Assembly: GCA_951406725.2 (NCBI GenBank)
Contig: OX597822.1
Span: forward strand, 1 to 64,000
Source of the DNA: Octopus vulgaris
Taxonomy: Eukaryota
Length of the DNA stretch: 64,000 bases
Direction of reading: 5' to 3'
Shown: positions 39,441 to 53,305 of the stretch, in pieces
Position numbering within the stretch: the first letter of the stretch is position 1
Layout: every line of letters begins with the position of its first letter
Notes under the pieces: generated by a model
The model's input: the letters and a program-made list of their open reading frames with translations, nothing else
Databases searched by the model: none
What the model was told of the DNA's origin: nothing
Program-made: the position numbers and the translations under genes

Positions 39441-42022
39441 GGGCCTTTCTCTCCCAGGAATGACAAGATGTGAACGAGGACAGGCGAGGTCCCTCCTGAA
39501 CCTCATCAACACCCTGTACATGGAGCAGGTAATACTCCAACCAACCAGGGCAGGTAACACACTGGATCTCTGCTTCACAAATACATGGATCTCATCCATA
39601 ATGTGAAAGTGACACCGACACTACTCTCGGATCACAACATGATAGAGCTGACCATGTACGGGCCAAAAGAGAGCACGGACATGCAGCCTACAAGAAACCC
39701 TCAAAATCTTTCTAGCTTGAACTACCATAAGGCAAACTGGAAACAAATTGAGAAAGAGATCCTCAAACAAAACTGGCCTAAATGTCTCTCCTCGCCAGAC
39801 ATCGACGTGAAACTTCAACAATTCATGTCTGTAATGCAAGCCATATGCTACAAATGTGTCCCAGAGAGAAAGGCCACTGTACACAAGAACAAAATCCCCA
39901 GAGAGAGGAAAATTTTAATGAGACGGCGTACGAAATTTTCAAATCGCCTAAACAAACAGATTGAAAGCAGTGAAAAGTCCCGCCTAAAAATAAAACTGTT
40001 GGAAATCGAAAAATGTCTGCAACTCTCCCATGAAAAAGAAAGAGCAGACAAAGAAGCCTGGGCTATAGAAAACATAAAATCTAACCCCAGAGCTTTCTAC
40101 AGGTATGCCAAAGAAACAGCTACAGTGCACTGTAGAATAGGGCCACTCCTCGAAAAGGATGGCACACTTACAGGAAAACCAATGAGGGTAAGTGAAATAC
40201 TGAATGAGCAATTCAAGAGTGTTTTCACTCCACCCTTGGGCATCTCCAAATCACCAATCCAACTGACTTTTTTACCACTGCAGATATAAAATCAGAGGCG
40301 GCGACGATAGATTACATCGATATAAAGGAAGACGATGTAACCAAGGCTATAGATGAAATGAAAACAGACTCAGCTACTGGCCCCGATGGATTCCCGGCAA
40401 TCCTCCTAAAAGCATGTAAGAGAGTCCTAGCAAGACCACTGCAGTTCCTCTTTCAGAGCTTCCTTGCAGCTGGCAAACTTCCAGGAAAACTGAAGGAAGG
40501 TAAAATATGCCCCATTCATAAAGGAGGCAGCAGAGCGGAAGCCAAGAACTATAGACCTATCTCTCTGACCTCACACATCAGCAAGGTCATGGAACGAATA
40601 GTCAGAAGGAAGCTGATCACCTTCCTTGAAGAGAATGACTTGCTGCCTGACACCCAACATGGTTTCCGACCAGGGAGAAGCTGTTTAACTCAGCTCCTAC
40701 AACACTATGACTGGGTGCTGAAACGGCTGCTCAACCACTCAAATGTGGAAGTGATATATCTCGACTTTGCAAAGGCCTTTGATAAAGTCGATCATGGAAT
40801 GATATGTCACAAACTGCGTGATCTCAACATAGTTGGAAAACTGGGAGAATGGCTTCATGACTTTCTGAAGGATAGAAGTCAGGTGGTAGCAGCCAATGGG
40901 GCCACTTCCATTAACACGCAAATAGTGAACGGTGTTTCGCAGGGCACTGTTCTGGGACCACTACTGTTCATAATGGCCCTCTCAGACATGCCCTCAGCCA
41001 CGCAGAGAGCCACGATCACAAGTTATGCAGATGATACAAAAGTTTCACAGGCAATACAGAACCCTGAGGACACTAAACACCTGCAATGTGAGCTGACGAA
41101 ATATACAAGTGGGCTGAAAAGAATAGCATGCAGTTCAATGCTGGAAAGTTTCAAGCTTTATACTATCAGCATGCAAAACTGAATGCAATACCCAATGAAT
41201 ACACTGGACCCGGAGGGATTGCAATTCCAGAGGCACAATCAGTGCGTGACCTGGGTATTCACATGAGTGATGACGCGACCTTTCATGTACATGTTGCTAA
41301 ACTGACAATGAAATGTAGACGGCTGGCTGGATGGATTCTTAGAACCTTTAGAACAAGAGAACAAGAAACCATGATGGTCCTCTGGAAGACACTTGTCCTA
41401 AGCCACTTTGACTATTGCTCTCAGCTATGGTCACCATCCAGTGTCAAGCGGATCACAGAAATTGAGGCGATCCAACGAAGCTACACTAAGAAGATATCCT
41501 CTGTGCAGCATATGAGCTACTGGGAAAGACTCAAGAGATTAAAGCTCTATTCCCTGGAGCGTAGGCGAGAAAGATATGCCATAATATACATCTGGAAGAT
41601 CCTGGAAGGTCTTGTCCCAGACTTTGGCATCGAGAGTCACACAAATGCCAGAACCGGACGCCACTGTGTAGTATCAAGGACTCCAAATTTGCCATCAAGA
41701 TGTAGGACAAGATATTGTGATAGCCTGGGCTTCAGAGGCCCACGGCTCTTCAATATCCTCCCAAAGAACCTGAGGGACCTGCATGGTGTGGATGCGGATG
41801 TCTTTAAAGTAGGACTGGATCTCTTCCTGTCAGGTGTCCCGGATGAACCAACTTCACGGCAGGAGGTGCAGATGAGAGCAGCTGCATCGAACTCTCTCAT
41901 ACACCAGATGGCGTTTGCCAACAAACATCCGTGAGGTAAAACCGTGTAGCAAACCAAATGGCGGTGCCCCAGCATGGCCACAGCTCATTAGCTGAAACTG
42001 GAAAAATCAAAATCAAAAATCA
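39441..42022 (+). mobile_element. 5'-truncated copy of the same LINE family, with frameshifts
   Basis: ORFs 39585-40289, 40358-41182 and 41128-41934 are nearly identical to ORF2 at 33845-36943; same 3' tail. Confidence 0.93.
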
Positions 42023-42051
42023 TATACATATATATATACATATATATATAC

Positions 42052-42098
<47 letters not shown>

Positions 42099-42123
42099 CA
42101 TATATATATACATATATATATAC

Positions 42124-42154
<31 letters not shown>

Positions 42155-42157
42155 CAT

Positions 42158-42190
<33 letters not shown>

Positions 42191-42879
42191 TATATACGTA
42201 TCATCATCATCATCATCATCATCGTTTAACGTCCGTTTTCCGCGCTAGCACGGGTTGGACGGTTTCGACCGGGGTCTGGGGAGCTCGGGACTGCCCCAGG
42301 CTCCAATCTCGTCTGGCAGTGTTTCTACAGCTGGATGCCCTTCCTAACGCCAACCACTCCGCGAGTGTAGTGGGTGTTTTTTACGTGCCACCTGCACAGG
42401 TGCCAGAGGGGTCTGGCATCAGCCACGTTCGGATGGTGCTTTTTATGTGGGGGGTGGTGGTGCAGAAATATAGGGGAGCACCAGTGGGGAGGGGTGGTTC
42501 AGAGAAATGATGACAGGTTCTAGGCAAGTAGAACGTAGGATATCGAGAGAGGGGTAATGCATGGTGAAATAGCGTATTGAAGAGGGGGGTTCGAAGAGTA
42601 GACACCTATAATGGTGGTGGGAGAAGCGACATCCGGTATAGATGGAGCAAAATATAGAGATATCCGGTATTGGTGGTGGGGGTGGGCAGGGCGGGTGCAC
42701 CGCGAAGATACGAAGTTTGATTTTAGACGAATGAAGATAGATAGATAGATAGAGAAATTAGATAGATAGAGAAATTTGATAAATAGTTAGACAGATAGAG
42801 AAACATAAGAGGGAGTATCCGGTGTAGATGGTGAGAACAGTGTTCACCGGTATTGGTGGTGGGGGTGGGAGGGCGGGCG

Positions 42880-43567
42880 CACCGCGCATTGGGAGAAGAT
42901 GAGGTTTTAGGCGGCAGAAAGAAGACAGGATTGAGATGAAATGCTTTGCGGTGGTGTGAATAAGTTTTTGTGAGTGAAAGTTTTTGTGAGTGAAAGTTTT
43001 TATGCTTCAGCTAGCATTTGAGACGAAAGACAACGATAACGCTATTAGATGGGGATACAATAATAATAAGGCTTGCAAAAACAATGAAAAGAGGAAACAG
43101 GTCGGGAACTTAGCTGATGTTTTTCATCCTGCGGTATTGGCTAAGCCTGTGGAAGCGAGTGAAGGTGAGATATATACTGAGAGAGAGAGAGAGAGAGAGA
43201 GAGACAGTGAAAACAGAGGGAGAACCGACACCACATAGCGAGAGAGAGAGAGAGAGAGAGAGACATAGTGACACCGCGCATTGGGAGAAGATGAGGTTTT
43301 AGGCGGCAGAAAGAAGACAGGATTGAGATGAAATGCTTTGCGGTGGTGTGAATAAGTTTTTGTGAGTGAAAGTTTTTGTGAGTGAAAGTTTTTATGCTTC
43401 AGCTAGCATTTGAGACGAAAGACAACGATAACGCTATTAGATGGGGATACAATAATAATAAGGCTTGCAAAAACAATGAAAAGAGGAAACAGGTCGGGAA
43501 CTTAGCTGATGTTTTTCATCCTGCGGTATTGGCTAAGCCTGTGGAAGCAAGTGAAGGTGAGATATAT

Positions 43568-43610
<43 letters not shown>

Positions 43611-43784
43611 CATAGTGACACCGCGCATTGGGAGAAGATGAGGTTTTAGGCGGCAGAAAGAAGACAGGATTGAGATGAAATGCTTTGCGGTGGTGTGAAT
43701 AAGTTTTTGTGAGTGAAAGTTTTTGTGAGTGAAAGTTTTTATGCTTCAGCTAGCATTTGAGACGAAAGACAACGATAACGCTAT
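42880..43784. repeat. Tandem repeat, units about 392 and 347 bp plus a partial third, with internal (GA)n
   Basis: 'caccgcgcattgggagaagatgagg...' starts at 42880, 43272 and 43619; near-identical short ORFs start at 42990, 43382 and 43729. Confidence 0.9.
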
Positions 43785-43792
43785 ATATATAC

Positions 43793-43832
<40 letters not shown>

Positions 43833-44422
43833 TTCTTATTCAACTCTCCCAAATATGTCCACTTTAATAGCTAAGATCAATAATAATAACATAAAACTAG
43901 CCAGAAATAATTTAATAAATAAAAATAAAAATACAACGGAAAATTGTAATAACAGTACGAAAAGTAATAATTGCAACAATAATAATAATAATAACAATAA
44001 TGAATGTCATAAAATAAATATAACCAAAAGCCATGGAATTGTTAATAACAATAATAACATAAATAGGAATGATTATGTTAGTAATAGGAATAATACCATG
44101 AATGTAAGTACAGTGAATGAGAGTAACAACATTATCAGCAACAACACTACACATCTGGATAACAATATCGACAACAATACTAATAGCATCAACAATATCA
44201 GCAATGATAGTAGAGTTATAGAACCAAACGATAGTGTAGGAATACCGACAAATGATAATACTACTTTAGAAGATAACATCAACTGCAATAATGATAACAT
44301 TATTTTAGATAGCAGCACCAATAATAATAATAATAATGAAAGTAGAGCTTTAGAACCAAATGAAAATGTAGGAATACCTATAAATGATAATACTGTTTTA
44401 GATAATAATATTAACTACAATA

Positions 44423-44977
44423 ATGATAGAGTTTTTTTTAGATAATAACAATAATCAAAATCATGATAAATTTACCCGCTCTGCTTCGAGCAACAGTAAT
44501 ATAAAACTTCTATCCTCAAAGTATTCCACCTCTAATTATAATGCCCCTAGATGTAACTGCAGAATTAAATCAAAATGCCCGGCCCCTGATTCATGTGGGT
44601 TAATTAACATAATCTATAAGTGCTCCGTAACCACAGATAATATTAAGTTCTCTTATGTTGGATGCACTGTAAATTTTAAACAGAGATTGAATAATCATCT
44701 CTCATCTTTTAAATTACGTCATAAGGCTGATAGCACTACTCTTTCTAGTAAAATTTGGGAACTAAAAAACAATAATATCAAATATAACCTTAATTGGGAA
44801 TTAGTCAGAAGAGCAAAACCCTATAAAAATAGCAGAGTAGGCTGCCAACTTTGCTCCATGGAAGCATTTGAAATACTAATGTATAAAAATAATGGAGAAA
44901 TTCAATTAAACAGCAGAATTGAACTTGGAAACTCTTGTATACATGCTCGGTTTAAGACTCTTAAATATTTTAAATGA
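44423..44977 (+). CDS. GIY-YIG endonuclease domain of the Penelope-like element (continues the 43830-44445 frame across a poly-T frameshift)
   Basis: 'CNCRIKSKCP..SC..NIIYKC..SYVGCTVNFKQRLNNH..STTLS..IW..CQLCSME..LNSR.EL..C.H'. Confidence 0.88.
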   Translation: MIEFFLDNNNNQNHDKFTRSASSNSNIKLLSSKYSTSNYNAPRCNCRIKSKCPAPDSCGLINIIYKCSVTTDNIKFSYVGCTVNFKQRLNNHLSSFKLRHKADSTTLSSKIWELKNNNIKYNLNWELVRRAKPYKNSRVGCQLCSMEAFEILMYKNNGEIQLNSRIELGNSCIHARFKTLKYFK

Positions 44978-46263
44978 TATTTTAAATCATATCTCAATTG
45001 ATAACTGTATACTGGAATCATTTTACATAAAATTCATTTTGACTTACATATCACTCCTACATAGTATATTATATATTTAACTAGAAAGTTAAGTTCTAAC
45101 TAGCTATGATTATAATTTTTTCTCTCTCTGTTGGTACTATTTAATACTTATTGACTTAAATTATTTATTTGATTTATTTCTATTGGACCATATTATTAAT
45201 AAATTAATTTTATCTCCATTTCTTAGTCTATTTTTTATCCCATTACAAATATTAGTTAGTTAATTCTCTTAATTTCTTTTAAACTTTTAAAATTAATTTC
45301 TGCTAATACCAAACCTATCGTAGTGTATTGTGATGTGATATAATTTATCATAATAATATAATATAATATAGTGTAGTGTATTATAGTTTAGTATAATAAT
45401 AATATAATTGTTTAATTTCATTTAATATTTTCATTTAATAACATTATGTATGTATTATAGTTTAGTATAATAATAATACAATAGTTTAATTTCATTTAAA
45501 AACAACCCCATTTTTCTTTCCTTTCTAATGACCACTTTGTAACCTGACAATCTATTAATAGTAGCATTTATAAATAAAGAAATAAATTGTTGACCTCAGT
45601 TCGATTTTGTTCCAAACAAACTTGGACTTTTTTGTTAGTATCTAATTGTGCCCATCCCCTTAGCTTCCCCTTTCCTTTCTCTTTGACAGCTTAAATAGCA
45701 GTAACTGATTAAATTCCTACCCCCTTCCTCCTCTTTCTGTGATTCTTGAATATTTCATTAACTACCTGAACCACTACAATATAAGGCTGTCATTTTTGCT
45801 TCTCATTCGGACTCCCTGATATTTTCGCATGATTGTACCCTAAATCCCTCCACAAAACTGGATTACGAACTATAAGGACATACACAAATTTTGTAAGTTC
45901 AAGACTTTTTCATCAGATCTCCAAAAAAATCGAACTTATCTGCGATTCTTGTTAATTTCAATAACAATCTGTTCCTCTACACGACATGACAGTCACTATG
46001 TTTTTACTCAGACTTTCCTCTACATGATGTGGCAGTCACTTTGCCTCTTACTCGGATTTTCAGAAATTTTGCATGACTGTATCCGAAAATTTCTTCATAC
46101 AACTTGATCAAATATTCAATATGAGCTATATGTAGACATGCATAAATTCTATAGGTTTAAAACCTTTCATCAGATCTCCATGAATCGAACTTTCTTCAAT
46201 GCAGTTAATCCTACAACCTCTTTTGTATCTACCCCTTTTGATGTTTGGGAATTCTCTGATATT

Positions 46264-46353
46264 TTTTCGGCTGACGAGTACGAGCCATCTGTATTCACTG
46301 CATTTTTTGTAGCTTATTAAAGATGTCCTCGTACGAAACGATCGTACCGAGAT
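46264..46353 (+). ncRNA. Type I hammerhead ribozyme
   Basis: tttcgg-CTGACGA-gtacgag..catct..agatg..ctcgtac-GAAA-cgatcg-TA-ccgaga. All core bases are intact, stems I and II pair, and helix III is palindromic. Confidence 0.88.
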
Positions 46354-46499
46354 TTTAATCCATTCTTGTTGCTTTTTTCCTATTTATAATCACCCCACTT
46401 GTCGTATGGCTAACACCATATAGATATCCGGTGCATCCTAGTTAAGGACCATATTCATGTGAATTCTTTAGAATTCACTAGAATCTCAATTACTTAACC

Positions 46500-46570
<71 letters not shown>

Positions 46571-46603
46571 TATATACATATATATATACATATATATATA
46601 TAC

Positions 46604-46692
<89 letters not shown>

Positions 46693-46864
46693 TACGTACA
46701 CTCACACAAACACACAGACACTTCATTTTGGCAGTTATTTTCACTGGTCCTCAGATTTTGTCCAGCGGTGTACGATGGTCTTCTCTCAGATTATCTCTAT
46801 TTAATCCACTCAGAAGCCTTGATCAGCCATGGGATTTAGAAGAAGGTACTTGCCCAATGTGTCA

Positions 46865-47318
46865 TACAGTGGGACAAATCTGGTGGTTGGCGTTTGGAAG
46901 GGCATCCAGCTGTAAAATCCCATTCCTAAATAGATAATAGCCCAGGGTAGTTTTTATCTACCTGGACGGCTCCTGTCATCCATCTTACTCTTGAATGCAT
47001 GGAAGGTGGATGGTATGTGGTGATGATGATGATGATGTTAGTAAATATATATATATATATAATTTTATATATATACATAATGGAAATGTATTAAATAATT
47101 ATGAAATAGTTATAAATATATTTGCAAAAATTTATAAAGTAAGCTCTTGTTCATTGTGTCTGTTGGTTGGCGTTTGGAAGGGCATCCAGCAGTAAAATAC
47201 CTGATAAAACAGACAGTAGCTCAGGGTATTTTTTTCTACCTGGACGGCTCCTGTCGTCCATCTTACTCCTGAATGCATGGAAGATGGACGGTATGTGGTG
47301 ATGATGATGATGATGTTA

Positions 47319-47377
<59 letters not shown>

Positions 47378-47436
47378 TAATTAAATAATTATGAAATAGT
47401 CATAAAGATATTTGCAAAAATCTATAAAGTAAGATC
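46865..47436. repeat. Tandem duplication of about 295 bp (degenerate RTE tail plus flank)
   Basis: 'tggttggcgtttggaagggcatccagc...cctggacggctcctgtc...gatgatgttagt(TA)n...aaataattatgaaatagt...tataaagtaag' occurs twice. Confidence 0.8.
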
Positions 47437-47890
47437 TTGCTGATAGAGTCTGTCGAAATATTAGCAAAGTAGATGAGATCAAATCAAAGATCAATACAGG
47501 AGGTTTTGTTGTACAAACTCTGTGTCATTGATTTTTTTTCTAGGTTTCCTAAATTTACTTTTCTTTAGAGAATCAATTTGTTTTTCAAATAAAGTGCCCC
47601 CCCCCACCCTAACTGGGGTATGATCCACAGATTTATAGCTCAAGATGTAAGCAGAGGAATGTAGCTAACCTAGACACACAACACAATGACTGTTGTTAGG
47701 TTTATTAGTGTCAAGAAGAACATTCAGCTATGAATAATACTTTAGATAAACTGAAGTTTACAATATCAATGTTATCTTTTGCATCATTTTAGAACCATCA
47801 GCTTCTGTTTATTGTTGTTTAACTCATTTTATAAATGTTTTTAAAACTGTTTTGCTTTCTTTCTTTTTTGACTGATTTTATTCAAAAGAC

Positions 47891-47968
47891 ATGGAGGATA
47901 TCAGACAGAAAATTGAGAATGGTGACATTGAAGGAGTTAAAAAATTAATAAGAAATGATCCCACAATA
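47891..47968 (+). CDS. Ankyrin-repeat protein, putative first coding exon
   Basis: Encodes MEDIRQKIENGDIEGVKKLIRNDPTI followed by a GTAAGT donor. Phase 0 joins it to the next exon. Confidence 0.7.
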
Positions 47969-48689
47969 GTAAGTTGTTCTGTTTATTTTATACACAATAT
48001 GAAAAGTAGCTACATATATTTGTCCATCATATTTCATTTCTTTCTTCACCTCTTTTCTCTAATTCTCATCATCGACATTTTTATAAATATTTAACCAAAC
48101 ATTGAGGCATGACAGAATTGATGGAATGTGAGAAATCCATCACACACTGCAATGGGGTGTTCTGGCGGGAAGTATTCAGTCCAAGAGATGATAAATGGAT
48201 GGTGACTTTTTAAAGAAGTCATCTTGCCATACAAAGTTGAAGGTTTTACTGGTGTCAAGGGCTACACCATTTTTTATAGAATTTGTTACACATATGAAAA
48301 CACTGGTGTGTCACATAGGAATCAAACCCCAATTTATAAAACTGTACTGGTGTTCATTGAATCCAGAAAGACACCTAAAGAGACAAAGGTGATTTTTTTA
48401 ATGAAGTTTTATTTACTATTGAAATATTGGAAGTTAGAATGACAGGATGTCAGTCAACAGATGGGATAGTGTCTGCAGGAATATAGAGCATGGCTTCTCA
48501 AAGTGGTCACTACCACCAATGTGTGGGGGCCGTGGGAACATTTTATATTAGTTTATGTATATATAGTGCTCATAGAATATATAACTGAGTTTGGCAGAAG
48601 CCTAGTATTAAAGGTTGAATGAGTAAAAAAAGCGAAGTGGCGATGCATCAAATATTCACTTATTGTGAGGTGGTGTTGTGGTAAGTAGT

Positions 48690-50085
48690 CACCCACCAGG
48701 GTGGCAAGAAAGGTAAATAAATACCTTCCCCCGAGAAATGGCTAGGGGTTACCCAAGCTTCATTGAATAGGCCTGTACATAAGATCGGGACAGTTACAAT
48801 TTCCCCTGTCATCTGTAGTGGAGGAATTTAAAGTAGTAAAATGTAATATTGTGATGATGTACAGAGACTCTAAAGACGAGCTTGTCAGACATGCAGGTAA
48901 AACACAAGGTGAGAGTAACTGGCACCGCTGTCGCTCAGGCTGAAGGCATACTGGAGCTACGCGTCATAACTTGTAGCTACATGTTGGGGTCGCAAGGGAC
49001 TTGGCTCTTCCTATTTCCAACAATGGAAGAAAGCAAACACCAGGGAGAGGCGGGTTATGACCGAGACAGCGGTGCGGTACCAGGAGGAAGATAAAAGGAA
49101 ATCAAGTGCTGTGGAGTTGGTATCTCTGGGTGCATGGACTAAATGGGATCTCCCTAAGAGGAAGCTCACATGGACTGACCTGTGGAGGCTGGAACCTTTG
49201 CAGATCTCCTTCCTGCTTGGAGCTGTGTATGACACACTCCCGACTCCAACAAACCTGCACAGGTAGAGTTTGAGGGAAGACCAGCTGTGTAGACTTTGTG
49301 GGAAAGGGGCACTCTGGCACACATCTTGGCAGAGTGCAGAATAACACTTTCTCAAGGGAGATACAAATACTTGCTCACACCCTGGAGCAGTAAAAGTGTA
49401 AGAATCATCATCACCAAGGGAAGATAACTGCCGCAATTAAGTTCGTGAAAGAGGGAGAGAAACCAGTAAAGCCAGCAAAAGCAATACACAGCTTGCTGCA
49501 AGGGTCTCAACCATGGGATATGAAGGTAGACTTAGGGAAGAGATTGCAGTTTCCCCAGGTTGTCCATACAACCCTGAGGCAAGATGTGCTCCTGTGGTCT
49601 GAAAATGCCCAGAAATTTATCATAATTGAAAGAAGTCACGTGGGGAACAGGTTGTAACGAGGCCTATGAATGGAAGTGTGACAGATATAAGAGCTTTCTG
49701 CAGGATTACAGAGATGGCAGGTATGGATATTCCTAGTCGCAGTTAGCTGTAGGGGATTCCTTGCCCAGTCGACATGGGGGATTTTTACAGCAACTGGAAT
49801 GTGAGGTAAGGAGGGAAAGGTGGCTGTGTGCATGAAGGGATAGGCAACTGAAAGAGCCTTTTGCTGGCTTTGGTGTAAGAGAGAAGATTAACGCTGGAAG
49901 GCATGAGGAGTTGAGGAGCAGAGAATTGGCAACCTCTCTTAACCCACCAACAGTTGGGTGTTACGGTTCAGGGCCGAAGCACCCAATGAACAAGGGATAA
50001 CGTCTGACGACATTGGTTTCTCCTGGACAAGTCTCCATTCACTTTGGGGAATAGATAAAACACATCCTTACAGGTGTTATTAACT
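48690..50085 (+). mobile_element. Degenerate Hero-like (RLE-type) non-LTR retrotransposon, 3' half
   Basis: 'LGAWTKWDLPKRKLTWTDLWRLEPLQISFLLGAVYDTLPTPTNLHR', CRLC...HILAEC zinc knuckle, 'WDMKVDLGKRLQFP..TTLRQDVLLWS', 'AVSCRGF'. Confidence 0.78.
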
Positions 50086-50324
50086 CGTTTATATATGTAT
50101 GTGTGTGTGTGTTTGCGTGTGTGCATGCATGTGTATCTATGCTAGTATGTGTCCCTAACTGCTAATTGATAAGCAGTGTTGGTGTATTTGTATCCATGTT
50201 ACTTAGCTCTGAAGCAAAAGAGAGCTATAGGTTGGGGCTAATTAGACAGAAAAGGGATCACACATAAAAGACAAAATGGAGGAGGAGCCCCAGCATGGCC
50301 GCAGTCTCATGACTGAAGCAAGTA

Positions 50325-51285
50325 GAAGAGAGAAAGAAAAAGAAAGAGAAAAAAGAAAAGAGGAAGAGAAAAATAGAAGAAAGAAAACGAAAATTGAGAG
50401 AGAAATATAAAGAAGACAAAACGAGAAACGAAACAGAGAAAGAGAGAGAGAAAAAAGGAGAGAAAAGATAAAGAGAATGAGATTGAGAAAAGAAAACGAG
50501 AGAGAAAAGAAACGAGAGGAAGAAAGAGAGAAATGAAAGATTGAGAGAGAGGAAGAAGGATAAAAAGAAACGAACGGAAGAAAGAGAGAAATGAAAGAGT
50601 GAGAGAGAGGAGGAAGTTTAAAAAGAAAACGTGAGGGAGAGAGAAGGAGAAAAAGCGAGAGAGCGAGAAAGAACCGAGAGAAAAAGGAGAGAAATGAAAG
50701 AGTGAGAGAGAGGAAGAAGGATAAAAAGAAAACGAGAGGGAGAAAGAAGGAGAAAAAAGCGAGGGAGCAAGAAAAGAAAGAGAGAGAAAAAAAGAAATGT
50801 GAGGAAGAAAGGGAGAGAGAAAGAGAAAAAGAAAGAGAGAAAGACAATGAGGAAATGAGAGAGTAAGAGAGAACAGACAAAGAAAACGAGCGAAAGAGAG
50901 AAAAGAAACAGAGAGAGAAAGAAAGAGAGAGAGAGATAAAGAAAGAGAAATGGAAAAAGAGAGAAACAGAGAAAAGTAAAATGGAAAAAGAGAGAAAAGA
51001 ATGAGAGACAGGGAAAAAGAGAGAGGGAGAAAGAAAGAGAGTGCAAAAAAAGGGAAAGAGAAAGAATGTAAGAATAGAAAGAGAAAGAAATGAAAAAGAG
51101 AGAGAGATACAGAGAGAGAAAGAGAGGAAAGGAAAAGAGAAAAGAAAGAGAGAGAGAGAGTAAAAGAGATACGGAGAGAGAAAGAAAGAAATGAAAGAGG
51201 GAGATAGAGAAAGAAAGATTGAGAGAAAAGGGAAAGAAAACGAGAAAGAGAGTGAGAGACAAAGAGAGAAAAGAGAGAGAGAAAA
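50325..51285. repeat. About 960-bp purine-rich (GA) low-complexity tract
   Basis: Nearly all A/G on the + strand. Confidence 0.95.
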
Positions 51286-51328
51286 TGGAATTTCTCTATT
51301 TCACATGTCCTCACTTTCTTCATTACAG

Positions 51329-51486
51329 ATTAATAAACCTATTGATGAATATGGAAAAACTCCTCTAATGTGGGCCTGTGACGAGGGCATCGATAGAAGA
51401 ATCATCGAAATATTGCTAGAAGCAAGAGGAGAGGTGGGAGCAAAAGACATATTTGGTAATACAGATTTACATTTTGCTGTGTTGAG
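51329..51486 (+). CDS. Ankyrin-repeat protein, exon
   Basis: CAG acceptor and GTAAGT donor. Encodes INKPIDEYGKTPLMWACDEGIDRRIIEILLEARGEVGAKDIFGNTDLHFAVL(R), with G-x-T-P-L and G-N-T-x-L-H ankyrin motifs. Confidence 0.88.
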
Positions 51487-51682
51487 GTAAGTTGAGAATC
51501 AAGTAAAATCTGCAGATGTGTTTTTGTTTGTAAATTTGTTGCAATTGCAGACAAAGGTTCAATACCCAAAGAGGCCATAGTAGTGGGACAGCAGCACAAC
51601 AGCAGACTAGCAAACAACAACAACAAGCTTCTCTTTAGTCATCGATCCAATTCATTAGTCATTATTCAATCATAACATTCCC

Positions 51683-52331
51683 GATGATGATGATGATGAT
51701 AATTATGATGAGGACGATGATGATGAGAAGGAGGGGGAGGAGGATAATGATGATGTTGATGGTGATTATGATGAAGATGATGATTATGATTAAGATGTTG
51801 ATGCAGATGATAATGATGCTGCTGCTGCTCATGATGATGGTGATGAGGATGATGATGACTATGATGAAAATGATGATATTGGTGTTGACGATCATGACGA
51901 TGATGATGATGTTGATCATGATGATAGTGATTATGATGATGGTGATAATGATGATGATGATATTGATGAGGTCGATCTTGCTGTTGATGATGATGATGAT
52001 GACTCTGTTGATGATGATGGTGTTGGCAATGAGGGTGATGATGATGAAGGCTATGATGATGGTGATGATGATAGTGATGATAATGATGGTGATGATGATT
52101 ATGTCAATGATGGAGGTGGTGGCAATGATGATGATGGTAATGATGTTGATAATAGTGCAGGTGATGAAGATGGTGATGATGATGAAGGCGATGATGGTGA
52201 TGATGGCGATGATGATAATGATGATGATTGTGTCAATGATAGAGGCGGTGGTAATGATGATGATGGTACTGATGTTGATGAGCATGATATTGATGATAAT
52301 AGTGCAGGTGATAATGATGAAGACGATGATG
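51683..52331. repeat. Degenerate (GAT)n trinucleotide tract
   Basis: About 650 bp of gat/gtt/ggt variants; lies in the ankyrin gene intron. Confidence 0.95.
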
Positions 52332-52401
52332 TTTTGTCTCAAAGCCAAAATATTTTCATATTTAATGTAAATTAGTCAATGTTTCTATTTTTTACTCTCA
52401 G

Positions 52402-52447
52402 GGATCACCTTCAAGCAGTGGAGATCTTATTATCTCGGGGCAGTGAG
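52402..52447 (+). CDS. Ankyrin-repeat protein, exon
   Basis: CAG acceptor and GTAAGT donor. Encodes (R)DHLQAVEILLSRGSE, which completes the ankyrin repeat in the correct phase. Confidence 0.85.
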
Positions 52448-52798
52448 GTAAGTATCTTATTTATATCCTTTCGTATGTTCTACTGAAGAGGAAAGAATCT
52501 ATTATGAGATTAATTCCGAAATTGATTCAATATAGAAATAACGAACTTTTTAAAAAACATTCTATCGGCCGGCTTTCCCCGATTTCAGTTATTCGTGTTT
52601 TTTTTCTGTAGCGAGTAAATAATATGTGGAAATTGACGATTTAAAAGTCTGTTATCAGCATATTGGCATTGAAATAATTTTCTTTAGCCCATATTTATAA
52701 GTTGTTTATAATTTAACTGAAAAGTTATTCTAATATGCTGCCACATTTTTTAATGGAAATATTTTTTTCTGTAAAAAAACTTCATCCTATATTAGTTG

Positions 52799-52851
<53 letters not shown>

Positions 52852-52868
52852 CAAACATATATACATAC

Positions 52869-52901
<33 letters not shown>

Positions 52902-53190
52902 AATATGTATACACACGTATATATATGAGTATGTATATATATATATATGTATATATATACTTCCTGAGCCCCCGTATTTTCCCCCATAACTTTCTGGTGT
53001 TTCCTACTTTTTAATGATAATCATTGATTTTCGATGACTATTATGTTGAGAAAACGGAAACATTTGATTAGTTTCAAACCAATCACAACTCCCGAGATAA
53101 TTGTTGATTAAGACATTGAAAGGGATGGATTTTCAGAAAATTTCAGTAAAAAATGTTTATATTAAAAAGCTTCATGAGGAACATACAACA

Positions 53191-53244
<54 letters not shown>

Positions 53245-53273
53245 ATACATATATGTATATATATACATATATG

Positions 53274-53305
<32 letters not shown>

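Larger units (their letters stand above)
43830..46500 (+). mobile_element. 5'-truncated Penelope-like retroelement with C-terminal GIY-YIG endonuclease and hammerhead-bearing terminal repeat
   Basis: 'ISYSTLPNM' RT-thumb motif, Asn-rich linker, GIY-YIG ORF, long 3' region with a hammerhead; flanked by (TA)n. Confidence 0.88.

Noticed and set aside
44978-46260. Possible SECIS or selenocysteine recoding in the Penelope-like element
   Set aside because: No in-frame UGA in the visible coding part and no clear SECIS fold found by eye.
50242-52370. Leu/Ser/Phe-rich and Met/Ile-rich ORFs
   Set aside because: Translations of the GA and GAT low-complexity tracts within introns.
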